Assembly (NCBI GenBank): GCA_964016885.1
Contig: OZ024741.1
Span: 214,830,001 to 214,894,000, forward strand
DNA length: 64,000 nt
Reading direction: 5' to 3'
Source of the DNA: Eledone cirrhosa
Taxonomy: Eukaryota
A model generated the notes under the pieces. That model had not been told where the DNA came from and ran no database searches. It worked only from the letters and a program-made list of their open reading frames with translations. Shown here piece after piece: positions 39,300-53,675 of this stretch (within the stretch, counting starts at the first letter, position 1; every line of letters begins with the position of its first letter). Position numbers and translations under genes: made by a program.

Positions 39300-39635
39300 T
39301 GATATTTCTCTCCTCTCTCACTCACTCCCACCTCTCTCCCCACCTCTCTCTCTATCAATCATCGCCGACAAATTCCCTACAATATAATCATCACCAACAT
39401 AATGCAACATTTTCGATATACAACACTACACTTCCCTTATTGTAAAAAGAGGAAAAAAAAAATAATAATATGAGAACGGATGAAGAAGATGGCCGGTGTC
39501 CCTTGCGAAAGGGAACGCTATATATATGATAACTCTTTAAAATAATCTTTTATGAAAATCGATTTTCTAATAGGAACGACCGACTTGGTATTCCCATATC
39601 AATCTATAATATACCGTTATTTCTGTATCAATAAT

Positions 39636-39746
<111 letters not shown>

Positions 39747-39809
39747 GGTGTGTGTGTGTGTGTGCGTATGTGTGTGCGCGTGCGTGTGTGTGTTACTGTA
39801 TTAATATAT

Positions 39810-39855
<46 letters not shown>

Positions 39856-40289
39856 TCGTATATATATAAAATCACATTCCAGTATTTGTGTCAATCAATG
39901 GTTGATTCTAGACTCTATCTTTACGTGATCCTGTCAATATTAAATGTATAATGAAAACCAAATCTGTTTTAACTCTCTCACGGCTGCCCCAGTGTACAAT
40001 TACATAAGCTTATATTATATTATATTGTATTAAGATATATTATATTATGTTATATTATAATATATTATATTATATTATATTATATTATATTATATTATAT
40101 TATATTATATTATATTATATTATATATTATGTTATATAATATAATACAATATATTATATATTATATTATATGAAAGGCGAGGTTAACTTTGCCTTTTATC
40201 CTTACGGGGTCGATAAAATAAAGTACCAGTAATACACTGGGATAATTGCTGGCCTTGTGCCAACAGTAGAAACAATTATACATCCGGCA

Positions 40290-40720
40290 CACCTTCCAGA
40301 GAGTACTCTGCGAATCTATCGTCTTCAATTGATCTGTCAAGTTCCTCAAGCGAGACCAACAGAGATCATACATGTTATCGAACCATCATGATCGATGTCT
40401 TACCTTTGGCTCTCCCCTTGTAACCAAATCAATTTCCTCTTGCTCGTAACTTGTGTCCAGCCAGTACATCCATAGACATTCTAAACACATGTCCGCATTA
40501 AAGGAGCTGTGATCTCGTCATTATATCCGTCTTCCTTCTGCTGACCAAGTGCTGAAGTTGGTGCATTCCAACATTAAATTCAGCCTCCTACCTTCCATCG
40601 TTCTTGATAACGGTACCGAGGTAGTTGAACTTCCTCACCTGCTTCAGTGGAAGCAAATCTACTCACATGCCGAATGCACTGCGTACTATTTCTCAAGAGG
40701 ACAATTGTCTTCGTCTACAA
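40290..40720 (-). pseudogene. Old RTE-type RT C-terminal relic
   Basis: Minus-strand translation contains KQVRKFNYLGTVIKNDGR; heavily decayed. Confidence 0.5.
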
Positions 40721-40902
40721 AGCACTGATTTTTTTTTCTTTCCTGCCATACAAAGTTCAGTACCATATGCATGTTAGTGATCAACCTCTGTCGAATTAAG
40801 TAACGCCATAACGTCTGAAAATATCAGTTGGCTTATACTATATCCACCGGTTTGTGTAACTGCTTCCAATCGGGATGCGCATGTCAATCATCTTTATGAA
40901 GA

Positions 40903-41904
40903 CTAGCAGAAAAACCACCCTTCGGATGGTTTTCTGCTAGTATGTGTAGTGTGCATATTGATATTATACGGAAGTATATATAAATGTAGATATGATACAT
41001 CAAATAAAATCGTAATTGACAATATACACAGAAATTGAACGAAGACTGCATTACACTCTCTTATGTAATGAGTAACGTAATCCATGATACATTAAAAAAA
41101 GACGATATCTAATATATATTTGTAAAATGGGTGGTGGTTGAAATTCAGATGTGCACGGTTAAATGGTAGAAGACGTGGTCGGACTGACATGGAAATTTAC
41201 ACACCTATGTAAAAAGACCAAGGAAGCAAATAAACGAGGTTTCAAATCCCTAACTTGAAAAATGTGGTCCTGGGGCCCCAAAACTATCGCGTTCGGTGAG
41301 TTATTTCCCCTTGTTCTAATACAATTGTCTTATGTTTCGTCACTATATATATATATATATATATATATAATATGAAAACGATTTAATAAAAAAAAAATCA
41401 ACTGTAATGTATGTATGCATGTATTTATGTGTTTATATGAGTGGAGATATGCAAGTAAATTTTACTTTGTGGACAGCTTATCCTTAGCATAATATTCATG
41501 CTCGAACAGCATATATTTGAAAGAAAGTTTTCAGGGAGTTGAATTACTGATTTTGGATCGGCAGCTTTAGCTTTGAAAAAATGAAATGTGCAGTGTAAAC
41601 ATTTGTTATCATTCCTCCGGGGATGAATCTTCTCTGCATTTTTCCATCTCTTTCTTTCTCTTTGGAAGAAATCACCCGTAGTAAGACCTAAAAAAAATGG
41701 TTAGATACACCATGACGCACCGTGCATCACGGTGGAGTTGAAAAGCAGACTCAGAACATGACGTTGTGTGGGGTGGCTCGCAGCCCAATGTTCCAGGGGG
41801 AGCAAAAGAAGAAGAAGAAGAAGAAGAAGAAGAAGAAGAAGAAGAAGAAGAAGAAGAAGAAGAAGAAGAAGAAGAAGAAGAAGAAGAAGAAGAAGAAGAA
41901 GAAG

Positions 41905-41935
<31 letters not shown>

Positions 41936-43364
41936 GAGCTGGAGTCCTATCAAATATGTAGGTTGTGTCTTAGATTGAAGGTTTAGTAGAAACAATTCAT
42001 GTATAGTTTTGTACTTTTCTTTTTGTCATTCATATAAACAAATCTACTATATAAATTGGAAGTGGTCGGACGTTGTATATGTAGGTGTAGTCGGATAAAC
42101 GTCGAAACGGCTCGGTGGAATACAGCGAAAATTTACACAGTTATGCAGAATGACCCGAGGAGTCGTTGGGTCGACTTTCAAGCTACAATCTTCTATGGTT
42201 ACGGAGAAAATCGATGAAACAGGAATTTCTCATTCAAATTGAACTGAGAGTAATCTGTGAACGCAGAAGTAATTATTTCGAGAAACGTTGCAACCGAACG
42301 AAAACAGGAAGACGATATTTTGGTTCGTGAAGACGTTCCCTGGCAATGAACGGGAAAAAAGCGAGGATAATACGTCGTTATGTGGAGCGTAAAGAACAAT
42401 TTCATGCAAAGACAAGACCAAGTTTATGGTATAAATGGAGTCGTTAGACTAATATTCTATTTAAAATAACAGAATGATGTAAATAAAATTGAAAACGAAA
42501 ATTACAGAGGTTATTAAAATAGCAAAAGTAAATAGTGAAGATTTAGGCCAGTATATACGTATGCCCCGACGGACATACACATACATACGCACACACAAAT
42601 ACATACACCCCCCACACACAAACACACACACACACGAACGCACGCGCGTATGTATAAACCTTATGCATTTCCACAATATTTTCACCAAACTTAAGACATA
42701 GTTTACTTATGTACTCCGGATAGTCATGGGCACTGTCATTTTTCCAGATATTGATTATAGGGCTCCCGGCACTTTAACCACTTTAACCACTTCCTTGGAG
42801 TCGACTGAAGCACTGCAGTGCAATGCAACAAAACGTCATAACTTCTGGAGTTCGCAACCGATTTAAACAAAACTTAACACATGGGCTACGTTTGTCCTCC
42901 AGATGAATGTGAACTCACAGAATTGGCACACATTTGGTAGGGGACCCCTGGGGGGCAGGAACCCCCTTTTCGAAAAAGCCGATGATTTTGTAAAAGTATA
43001 GTTTTCGAAGTAGCACTGACGTATTGACATAAATGGTATACATAATTGCTATTTAATATCCGAGCAATGCCGGATACCTCTCCTAGTTATATATAAACTG
43101 CATTAGGAGAAAATTAGTGACGCAAATATATGAATGTTTATTTAAGCGATCGCTAACCGGAAGTGTTGTCGTTTGAAGATGTTAAAGAAGTGAATCTTTA
43201 AATAAGCAATAAAATATATTTAATGAACAGCCACGAAATTTAGTAGATAAATTATGTAATATTCATTCATTATTTATTCAAAGTAATCCAACTTATTTTA
43301 CTAAATAGATTAAGAGAAATAAACCGTACACAGTCCCGCACTCCTTACTTTATTATAGTTTAGA
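40903..43364 (-). mobile_element. Helitron family A copy split by a nested insertion (pieces 40903-41107 and 43087-43364)
   Basis: The two pieces join to reproduce 601-1061 at GACGATA|TTATATATAAACTG. Confidence 0.85.
41108..43086 (+). mobile_element. Second non-autonomous Helitron (family B) nested in family A
   Basis: A^TCTAATATATAT ... ATCCGAGCAATGCCGGAT hairpin ACCTCTCCTAG^T. Comparison with the empty site at ~807 shows no TSD. Confidence 0.8.
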
Positions 43365-43555
43365 TTACGAACATAGGTGACAATACCTAACGTTGGCGGA
43401 ATATAACACCACATTAAAGTGATTTGACTAAGTACTACTTATACGAAAACATATACTAGGGCATTCGAATGGAGAGTTCAAGGAACAAAAAAGGTGTTTA
43501 TCGAACTTATACTCTTGCGGAATACCTTCCACAACATGTACGTATATATGTGTGA

Positions 43556-43617
<62 letters not shown>

Positions 43618-43621
43618 ATAT

Positions 43622-45380
43622 AATTCAAGAAAGAAGATTGACATGGTTCGCTATACAATAAGTGCTTTATTCACATTGCTGACAATTGTTTCTTTGATCT
43701 GGCAGATCTAGAGTTCGCTATACGCCTGATTATGCGCCAATCGATCTCCAATACTTTGTTTATAACCAGTCGGTTTCATCAGAGCGGGTGAAATGAAGAA
43801 AATACATAAGACATGGTTTTTATATAAGTGTGGTATTAAACCAGAACAATAATATCAATGAGAAAATAAAATAACTAGATAGCAGACAATTAAAATAATG
43901 ATTTCTTTATTTCTTTATTTCTTTCTTTCTTTCTTTTTTTTTTTTTCGTTTTATTAGACAATTAAAATAATAACATCAATATAAGTAAGATATAATGAAG
44001 AATCTAGCATGTTAAACAGACTGATATGATACAGATGTATGGAATTGACGTGTGAAAACTGCTATAGGGTACATTAGATATAGTGATGGGGTAGCGACTA
44101 GATAACAGTAACCACTAAGATGTACTTGGAGACAGAATTTATGAGGTATCCACTGTGCTGTAGGTATTCTAGCAATAAACCGGAGATTTACTTTTTATTT
44201 TTTTATTATTTGACAGATAAACATTTTCGTTTGATTAATTTAGTAGTGATGATAGTTTTTATGTGGTGTTAAATAGAGTTGTAGATTCGTTATTTAAGTG
44301 GCCTATACTAAACGTAAGGATTGTTAGTTCGACTCGTGGGGTTTAGTTTTCACAGCATCAATAACAAATCGTGTATAAATAAGATAGTGATAACAACAAT
44401 AATTGTTTCTACTTTAGGCACAAGGCCAGCAATTACCCAGTGCATTACTGGTACTTTATTTTATCGACCCCGTAAGGATGAAAGGCAAAGTCAACCTCGG
44501 CGGGATTTGAACTCAGATCGTAAAGGGACGTAACTATGCTGGAAAGCATGGCGTCCGACCCTCTACCGATACTGCCAATCCACCGCCCTATAACAACAAT
44601 AATGGAAGGTAGTAAAGTAGTAAAATGTGAATGGTAGATATATAGGACATGATGAATAATATTAGGGCTATATTGAGATGTTCATAATAATAATAAGAAT
44701 AATAAGAATAATAAGAATAATAAGAATAATAAGAGGAAAGTGAGATTTCAAGGGGTGTAGAAGTACTAAGATAAAATACTTAGAATTAGGTTCATCTGTT
44801 AGAGATCGTGAGTGCTAATGAGAGATATAAATCCTTGGTCCGATGTAGTGTGTAACAGTGAAGGTAGGATTGATTTATGGCTGATAAGAGAGTTGTAGAC
44901 ATATTCCAGTGGAATAGAATTAGGGGGCTATAAGGTATTTCTAGAAAATTATAGTTCCGTATTGGGCTGTGTGAGAAGGCGGATTTCATATGTTAGAAGC
45001 TAAGTGGTATTGGTTCGAATCACGGTGGTTTAAATCTCGCCAATTTTGTAGCAATCCTATGTCTGCAGAAAATTGAGCTTTCTATTTTCCTTAAGATATG
45101 CAGCAATTGAAGGTTGCAGGGCCCGCAGTAGCACATACCGCTGCTATATGTCTTTGCGGTCGCCAATTTCGACCAGCTAATATTATAATCAAAGTGTTTG
45201 TCCTTAAGTTGCCAGATTTTATTGGCGAGGCTTGTAGAATTTATCAGTGCACGGATCGATTCGCGCATAATCAGGCGTATAGCGAACTCTAGACCTTCCA
45301 GATCAAAGAAACAATTGTTAGCAATGTGAATAAAGCCCTTATTGTATAGAGAACCATGTCAATCTTCTTTCTTGAATTAT
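43622..45380 (-). mobile_element. 5'-truncated Naiad-type PLE (GIY-YIG C-terminus at 45020-45250) with an inverted pLTR fragment; SINE inserted at 44400-44590
   Basis: SLANKIWQLKDKHFDYNISW..CGPCN..IFCRHR. 43622-43745 is the reverse complement of 45255-45378. Confidence 0.8.
43678..43785 (-). ncRNA. Type I hammerhead motif with very long stem II
   Basis: Minus strand: GCT-CTGATGA-[~80 nt, CTGG..CCAG]-GAA-ACAATTGT-C^AGC. Confidence 0.6.
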
Positions 45381-45544
45381 TATTACTCCAAGTATAAACT
45401 ACATAGAAATCACCACGAACTCGCATCATCACTATGGAAAGGTCTTGTTGAGTCAAACTAAGCAACACGTTAATACTATCCACTACAAGAACTACTCCAA
45501 CTGGACTACATCTAAGTGGACTGCCATAACGATAACCTGTTATC

Positions 45545-45708
<164 letters not shown>

Positions 45709-45982
45709 GAAAAACGTAAAATAAGAAAATTATAAAAATTAACTTACTTACTAAAATTTCACTCCAACTAATTAGTTTCTGAAAGGGAATAAACATGGTT
45801 TCCAAATGGGAAGCACGGAGAAGCCGTTTCGTCATCAGAAAGTCTGTTCTCAGCTAAGATACCTGGCGATGCGTGGAAACAAGGAACTTATACAAAAATA
45901 ATTCAGTGGATGGAAAAAAGCAAGCGTGGACTAAATTCCAAGACATTGAAAAAATCGGTGCCTATATATATATATATATATA

Positions 45983-47230
45983 ATATAAGATAAAAGGATG
46001 GTTAAAAGTGTTCCATGTATTTTATTATGCGCATTTCAAAAACAAATATCATCATGAGATGACATTTGCGTTTTCGTCAGATAAAATAGGGAGACATGAT
46101 ATGAAGGTTAAAAAACACTTGTGAATAGTGCAGTTTTTAATCAACATATGAAAAGTAATTTAAGATTGATGTGTAATATTGGGACAAAAATGATGGGGGG
46201 GGGGGGGATGAAAAAGAGGAGGAGATGAGAGTAGAAAATTGTGAGGGAGGAGTATAATAAGAAAGGATGAGATAGGAGGAGAAATGGGTGATAGAAAGAG
46301 AGAGATAGCCTTTATAACTGAGAAAAATATTGTTTCACAGAGAGAGGTTAAAAAGCCGTGGGAAGATAATATATAATTTAAAAGAATTTGAAAATTGATG
46401 AAGAGAAAAATTAATGAAGAGAAAAAAATTAAGAATAATGTTGAATTAAGGTTTGTATATTGAAGGGTTTAATAATATGTGCGATGAAAAGAAATTGTTA
46501 ATATGTATCATTAAAAAAAATATATTAATGTTATTAAGGATATAATGTGAAAAGAAGTAGAAGAGTGGATGAATTATGAATTTAAAGGAATTAGTTAGTG
46601 TTTAAGTTTGTTTTTATGTAATGTAATATGTATGCGTAATATATGTAAATAGTATGTTTACAAATGAGCGCAGAAAGCAAAGAAGAAAATAGTGTTTAAG
46701 GAAGAGAAGACTCTAACAACAAAGTATATATGTTTATGAAGTATTTCCTAATGGTAATAATATAATATAATGTAATAAAGGAGATTAGTTAGGGTTTAAG
46801 TTTGTTTTTATGTATTGTGATATGTAATATGTAAAAGTTAGACGAGCATGAAAGGGAGAAAAATATATAATGAATTGCGGAGGAATAATCTAACGTCAAA
46901 AAATGTTTATGTTTACGAAGGATTTTTAAAGGTTATACTATAAAATATTTAAAAGGTAATAATAAGTTTTATGGCCAATGATATGAAGGAAGAAGGAAGA
47001 GTGGTTATATTGTGGTGAGTAATAATAAGAATTGAGAAGTATATAGGAAGAAAAAGTACAGATTAGAGGTTAGAAATTAAAAGAAAAGAGGAAGAAAGGG
47101 AATTGATAAATAGGAATGATATAGAATTTCGTTAGGTCGAGGGGCCAGTATGTTCAACCTGTTATGGTGCCGTTTTAGTAACTGACATTAATAATTATGT
47201 TAATATTTGTTCTATAGATTTGAGTTGTTC
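45983..47230 (-). mobile_element. Longest family X copy (HHR at 46020-46086 plus ~1.1 kb upstream)
   Basis: 45983-46400 aligns with 10572-10960; HHR core is CTGACGA. The sequence continues as a strand-biased, UTR-like tract. Confidence 0.75.
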
Positions 47231-47279
47231 TGCTCTATCCTTTAGATAACTTTATCAAATTATTACTACATTTTTTCCT

Positions 47280-47314
<35 letters not shown>

Positions 47315-47326
47315 GATAGATATACA

Positions 47327-47365
<39 letters not shown>

Positions 47366-47451
47366 CTTACATATATACATATAAAAATATATATACATAT
47401 ATATGTACATAAATGCATATAAATATATATATATATGTGTGTGTGGATGTC

Positions 47452-47541
<90 letters not shown>

Positions 47542-47567
47542 CTGTTATATATATATATATATATGTC

Positions 47568-47619
<52 letters not shown>

Positions 47620-47964
47620 ATAGAGTGAGATTGATGCATATATAGGTACATGCATACATACATACATGTATACATACATACATACATACATACATACATA
47701 CATACATACTTGGATGTCTGTGCTTGTGTGAAGGGATGTGTGAAAACCTCTACAAATGGTGTTATGATTGCAATATTTTATCACAACACCTAGTTGGTTT
47801 TTCTTATCATTGAGAAAATTTTAAGATCTCTTGCCAGACACAAACATATTTAACATTCTAGAATATTTTCCAGGCAAAATATTTTCACCGATGACGAATG
47901 ACACGAAGCGAATAATTAAATGCACACAGAAATTAATTGTAAATAATGTGTCTTAGAAGAAGTT

Positions 47965-48700
47965 TCTGTAGGAATAACTGTGTAGCAATATTCCTACACA
48001 ATTATTCCTATAGGAATAATTGTGTAGGAATAACTGTGTGTAGGAATAACTATGTTGGAATAACTGTGTAGGAATAAACGTGTAGCAATAATTGTGTAGG
48101 AATAACTGTGTTGGACTAACTGTATTGGAATAACTGTGTGTAGGAATAACTGCGTAGGAATAACCGTGTAGGAATAACTGTGTAGGAATAACTGTGTTGA
48201 AATAGCTGTGTAGGAATAATTTATTGGAATAACTCTGTTGGAATGTCCGTGTAGGAATAATTGTGTAGGAAGAACTGTGTTGGAATAACTCTGTGTAGGA
48301 ATAACTTTGTAGGGAATAACCATGTAGGTATAATTGTGTAGGAATAACCGTGTAGGAATAACTGTGTAGGAAGAACTATGTTGGAATAACTGTGTGTAAG
48401 AATAACTGTGTTTTAGAATAACTGTGTTGGAATAACTGTGTGTCGGAATAACTGTGTTGGAATAACTGTGTGTAGGAATAAGTGTGTAGGAATAAGTTTC
48501 TGTAGGAATAACTGTGTGTAGGAATAAGTGTGTGTAGGAATAACTGTGTGTCGGAATAAGTGTGTGCAGGAATAACTGTGTGTAGGAATAAATGTGTGCA
48601 GGAATAACTGTGTGCAGAATAAGTGTGTGTTGGACTAACTGTGTGTAGAAATAACAGAGTGTAGGGATAAATGTGTGTAGAAATATGTGTGTTGGGATAA
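47965..48700. repeat. Minisatellite, 14-16-bp unit (GT)GTAGGAATAACT
   Basis: Roughly 45-50 degenerate tandem copies. Confidence 0.95.
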
Positions 48701-48811
48701 GTTTGAGAAATTATTATATAAAATTTCTATGAATGAAATTACGGGTAAAAAATAATTTTGTATACACATACACACACGCACTTACAGTAACACACACCCA
48801 TACTCAGACAT

Positions 48812-48878
<67 letters not shown>

Positions 48879-48995
48879 ATTACATATATATATACATATA
48901 TATATATATATATGTCTATATATATATAAATATATATATATATACATATATATATATATGCATATACATATATATATATGTATATGTATATATAT

Positions 48996-50969
48996 CTAAG
49001 GCGGGTAAAATTCCCGAGATCCATGGACGAGTTCTCTCCAGCGGTCTCTGTCCCTCATTATCGCTGCCATATCCTGCATCTCCAACAGACCAGTGTCTGT
49101 CCTTAGGGCATCAACATATGTTAACCTTGGTCTTCCTCTTCTAGTGTGTCCATGTAGGGGCTCCCAAAGGAGCACTGAGTGCAATGTCAACTCTGGATGT
49201 CGGTGAGCATGTCCAGCCAACCTCAGTCTCCTCTGTGTCACATTTGAGCTGACTTTTGGGATGCTCCCATACAGCTCTGAGTTTTTCATCCTCAGTGTAT
49301 ACTGATTAATGTTCAGAGCCATCCTCAGCATTCTCGTGTAGCACCCATCCACCATCTGAGTGAGTCTCTTGGTCAGTGTCCAAGTCTCAGACCCATACAG
49401 CAGCACAGACTCCACTACAGCAATGAAGAGGCGGATTTTCAGGTCTCTACGAAGGTCCGACTTCCACACCGATCTCAAGCTGTGACACGCCGCCCAGGCC
49501 TTGCTCTTCCTCTCAACCACATCATCCTCCGTATTCCCAATCTTTGCTCCCAAATACAGGAAGTCCTCAACCAATTCCAGCGGCTTCCCGCCTACATTAG
49601 TGATCCCCTCTGGCTTCTCAACATTCTCTACCAGATATTTTGTTTTAGTCTCATTCATTCTCAGCCCCACACTCATCGACACAGTCTCAACCTCCCGCAT
49701 CAAATCCTCTGCCTCCTTCACTGTATTTGTCACCAAAACTATGTCGTCGGCAAATTCAGCATCCGATACCTTTTTCGCCCCAACTCTCCTGCTCTGAGCC
49801 GGTGCTACAGTAAAGCCAGTGTCCTGGTGTTTCTCCAGTGCAAGGCGCATACAATAGTCCACTACGATGATAAAAAGGTAGGGAGCCAATGTATCTCCCT
49901 GGAGCACTCCAGCCAGTATCTCAAAGAACTCTGTCATCCCATCAGGTGTAATGACTTGGGCTTTGGTGTTGGTGTAGAGCAGTGATATCAGGTCCACTAT
50001 CCTCTTGGGGATTCCATAAGCCTGTAAGATCTTCATCAGGCAGTAACGGTCCACAGAATCAAAGGCCTTCCTAAAGTCAATGAAAACCATGACCGCAGGA
50101 AGGCACTTTGCTCTAGCTCCCTCTAATATCCTCCTCAGCATCAGGATGTGACTGGTGGTTGATCTACCCTCTCTGAAGCCGTTCTGGTTGTCCCTGAGCT
50201 TCTTCTCCATCTCAGGCTGGATCCTGTTAAGAATCATCCTGTTGAGGGTCTTTGCCACAAGTGATGTCAGTGAGATCCCCCGGTAGTTATTGGTGTTAGA
50301 GAGATCTCCCTTCTTTGGCACTGGGACGATGTTACTGATCCTCCACTGATTCGGGGCAACTCCTTTCTCCAGTGCCCCGTTACAGAACCCCAAGATGATA
50401 TCATCAAAATCACACCTCCTCATCACCTCTGATGCCACTCCATCTTCTCCATGAGCCTTGCCCTCCTTGATCTTCTTCTTGGCTCTCTGAAGCTCCTCTC
50501 TGGTGAAGGGCTCTGTCTCAACATCCAGTTCCTCAAACAGCCGCCTGATCTCCCCAGTGCTCTGGGCTGTGGAGGGTGGCTCTCCTAGTAGGGTCCTAAA
50601 ATAGTCTAGCCATTTCTTCTTCCTATCCTCGGGCCCCGTTCCCTGGATCTGACTCGAACACCTTTTCTTCCTCCCTGTGATCTCGTTGATGATCATCCAG
50701 CTCTCCTTACATCCAGATCTGTCAACCGCTCTCTCCACACTTCTGATCTTCTCTATCAGTGCCTCCTCTCTGACCTCAGTGTAAGCGGTACAGAGCTCTT
50801 CCCTCATCACCTCCACAGTCTCCATCCTCTCCTCCGTAGGATCAGCATAGAATTGGTCCCTGGCAGCTTTCAGGTGTTCTCTAGCTGCACACACTTTTGG
50901 GTTTGCAAAGCTGACGTGCTTCCCTTTGTTCTTTTTCCTCGGCACCAGGGTTTCACTTGCTTTCGCCAC
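48996..50969 (-). CDS. RTE LINE reverse transcriptase (657 aa open frame)
   Basis: [69 protein letters not shown]. Confidence 0.93.
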   Translation of the reverse strand: MAKASETLVPRKKNKGKHVSFANPKVCAAREHLKAARDQFYADPTEERMETVEVMREELCTAYTEVREEALIEKIRSVERAVDRSGCKESWMIINEITGRKKRCSSQIQGTGPEDRKKKWLDYFRTLLGEPPSTAQSTGEIRRLFEELDVETEPFTREELQRAKKKIKEGKAHGEDGVASEVMRRCDFDDIILGFCNGALEKGVAPNQWRISNIVPVPKKGDLSNTNNYRGISLTSLVAKTLNRMILNRIQPEMEKKLRDNQNGFREGRSTTSHILMLRRILEGARAKCLPAVMVFIDFRKAFDSVDRYCLMKILQAYGIPKRIVDLISLLYTNTKAQVITPDGMTEFFEILAGVLQGDTLAPYLFIIVVDYCMRLALEKHQDTGFTVAPAQSRRVGAKKVSDAEFADDIVLVTNTVKEAEDLMREVETVSMSVGLRMNETKTKYLVENVEKPEGITNVGGKPLELVEDFLYLGAKIGNTEDDVVERKSKAWAACHSLRSVWKSDLRRDLKIRLFIAVVESVLLYGSETWTLTKRLTQMVDGCYTRMLRMALNINQYTLRMKNSELYGSIPKVSSNVTQRRLRLAGHAHRHPELTLHSVLLWEPLHGHTRRGRPRLTYVDALRTDTGLLEMQDMAAIMRDRDRWRELVHGSREFYPP

Positions 50970-51915
50970 TCCTCGTCACACTCTCCTCAGTCCATCCAAT
51001 ATCTCTCTCCTCTGACTCTCCACACAGAGCACTAAACCTGCTTCTCACTTCCACTGTGAACCTCTCCTGTAGCTTATCATCTTCCTTGAAAGCTCCCCAG
51101 TCATAGATTGTTCTCCGGGGCTGAGCCTTGCTCTTTCTTAAGCTCACGCGGACCTCACTCATAACAAGCCGGTGGTCACTACCCAGTGTACTGAAATAGC
51201 TGTATGGTTCCGTGTTCAGAACACTATTCCGCCACTTTTTCCTCACCAGAATGAAATCAATCTGGGACTTGGACAGGTGCATATCTGAGATGTAGGTCCA
51301 CATCTTCCCCAGATTCTTCCTAAACCTTAGGTTGGTCGCCATCAAGTTCGCCTCCAGGAGGGTGTCTCTCAGTAGTCTTCCATTTCGGTTGGTGTTGTTA
51401 TGGAAGTACCAGCAAGGATCTTCACTGCCCTCCTTACTCAGATGTGCATTGAAGTCCCCCAAAACAAGCAGGATATTGTGTTCCTGAGTGGTGTTGACAG
51501 CTCTACACACCTCCTTATGGAACTCCTCGGCATTCACATCACTGTCCCCCTCGGTTGGACTATAGGCTGAGATGACTGTCAGTCTTGGGTTTCCATTGAA
51601 GGTCACCCTCAACACTCGCGGGGAGATAGGCATTATTTCCCTCACCAACAGATTGGTTTTTGCACTGAACACAAAACCCACTCCTCCTACTGCAGCATTT
51701 GTTGTGTTCTTCACTGCCGATGTAGTGATGAGCTGGCTCTTCCTCCCGATCATCACACTCCTCACGGGCTCATCGTGTAGAATCCTGTGTTCTTGGATCG
51801 CAAGTATCTGTATACCACTCTCCTCGAACAGATGTCCCAACTCCTCTCTCTTCTCCAGCGTTCGAATAGTCCTCACATTCAAAGTGCCCATTTTAATGGC
51901 TCTTCTGCAGGACAA
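50953..51915 (-). CDS. RTE LINE apurinic-like endonuclease domain (5' half of a frameshifted ORF)
   Basis: GTLNVRT, LAIQEHR, GGVGF, ISAYSPT, LGDFNAH, NRNG, SQIDFILV, GSDHRLV. Confidence 0.9.
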   Translation of the reverse strand: MSCRRAIKMGTLNVRTIRTLEKREELGHLFEESGIQILAIQEHRILHDEPVRSVMIGRKSQLITTSAVKNTTNAAVGGVGFVFSAKTNLLVREIMPISPRVLRVTFNGNPRLTVISAYSPTEGDSDVNAEEFHKEVCRAVNTTQEHNILLVLGDFNAHLSKEGSEDPCWYFHNNTNRNGRLLRDTLLEANLMATNLRFRKNLGKMWTYISDMHLSKSQIDFILVRKKWRNSVLNTEPYSYFSTLGSDHRLVMSEVRVSLRKSKAQPRRTIYDWGAFKEDDKLQERFTVEVRSRFSALCGESEERDIGWTEESVTRSGESK

Positions 51916-52552
51916 AACTGCATTCTTTATATTTGTCCTGGGTATGACATTAAACTACATCCAGTGGCAAGGCTCCAGTTCGGGAGTTCAGGAGATGTGG
52001 GGAATGTGGAGTTACCCCTTAGTTGTCATGACTCCCAGGTCTGCCCTGGCCCGGGGTGGTAGTACCTGTTAGGGCTCCATTTATGGGTTAAATAACTACC
52101 TTATTCGAGTGGCGCCGGTAAGGTATTGTCAGCCATTGAAAAGAAATATGGAGAGTCGATCTAACAGCACTAGGGTTAGAGCCCCTAATTACACTGTCAA
52201 GGAGCAGCCTGGTCGTTATGACTCTGCTGGCTTAGAGCCACAGAGAGGGCCAGTGGATGATGGATCAGCTGTCTCTGAGACAAATATGTATATATATATA
52301 CATATATATATGTATATATATATATACACACACATATATATGTATATATATATGTATATATATACATGTACATATATATATATATATACATATATATATC
52401 AATTAGAAAAAGTGTGCATCAAATTACGCCGAGGCCGAGATTATGTGATACAAGATTACATACATTCTTTTCTGAAGAAAGTAATTGTATATGTATGTTT
52501 CTATATATCTATATATATCTATCTATCTCTCTCTCTATATATATATACACAT

Positions 52553-52585
<33 letters not shown>

Positions 52586-52602
52586 CATACATACATATAT
52601 AT

Positions 52603-52657
<55 letters not shown>

Positions 52658-52748
52658 TATAGATATATGTATATATACACACACATATATATATATACAC
52701 ATATATTTGTACATATATATATATGTATATACATACAAACACATATAT

Positions 52749-52835
<87 letters not shown>

Positions 52836-52924
52836 CATGTGTATATGTGTGAATAGTCTTGGATATAGATATATATTGATATGTTTATATTTGAGTGTGT
52901 GTATATATATATATATACATATAC

Positions 52925-52981
<57 letters not shown>

Positions 52982-53309
52982 TTTTCCATTCATACATACT
53001 ACATACATACATACATACATGCATACCTGCCTGCATACATACACACACGTATAGAACCTTATCATCATGCGACAATGCACAATATCCTAACACTACATAT
53101 TTCTTTTGTAAGATACGACCATCTGCAGACTTAATCATTCGTACTAAACTCACTATACTTACTTTAATAACATTCTTGACAAGTTCCTAAGATTTTGCAG
53201 ACATACACTTTAGTTCACACCAACAACATAATAGAATGAACCTCCGTCTGTCTAGACGATGAGTGTCATTTTATTCACAGAGCAGCTTGCTCTTGAAATT
53301 ATCTTATTC

Positions 53310-53675
53310 GCTACTTTTCCGAATTGAGAGATAACAGCTCTGATATTTATTGGCCTGTGGCTAGAATGTCACAGGAAAGAATCGCTGGGCAGATTTTACG
53401 GGCGAAACCAACTAGCAGGAGACCCAAGGATAGACACCGAGCACGATGGTTGGATAACATCCATGAGCTTGGCTTGTCTCACTTGAGGATCCTGTTGGAT
53501 CAGTTGGGGTAGGTTGCTTGTGACAGGACTCTACTCCCACAAGAAGAAGAAGAAGAAGAAGAAGAAGAAGAAGAAGAAGAAGAAGAAGAAGAAGAAGAAG
53601 AAGAAGAAGAAGAAGAAGAAAAAGAAGAAGAAGAAGAAGAAGAAGAAGAAGAAGAAGAAGAAGAAGAAGAAGAAG
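53310..53675 (+). mobile_element. Old RTE-type 3' end with a (GAA)n tail
   Basis: VARMSQERIAGQILRAKPTSRRPKDRHRARWLDNI resembles RTE C-termini (G.R..GRP..RW.D). Confidence 0.55.

Larger units (their letters stand above)
48996..52283 (-). mobile_element. Apparently full-length RTE-clade LINE embedded in (TA)n
   Basis: ~370-bp 5' region, then APE and RT. The stop codon abuts the (TA)n tract. Confidence 0.92.

Noticed and set aside
52000-52283. Possible HDV-like ribozyme at the RTE 5' end
   Set aside because: Only simple hairpins (e.g. TACCTTA/TAAGGTA) were seen, and the nested double pseudoknot could not be built by eye. A descriptor search is needed.
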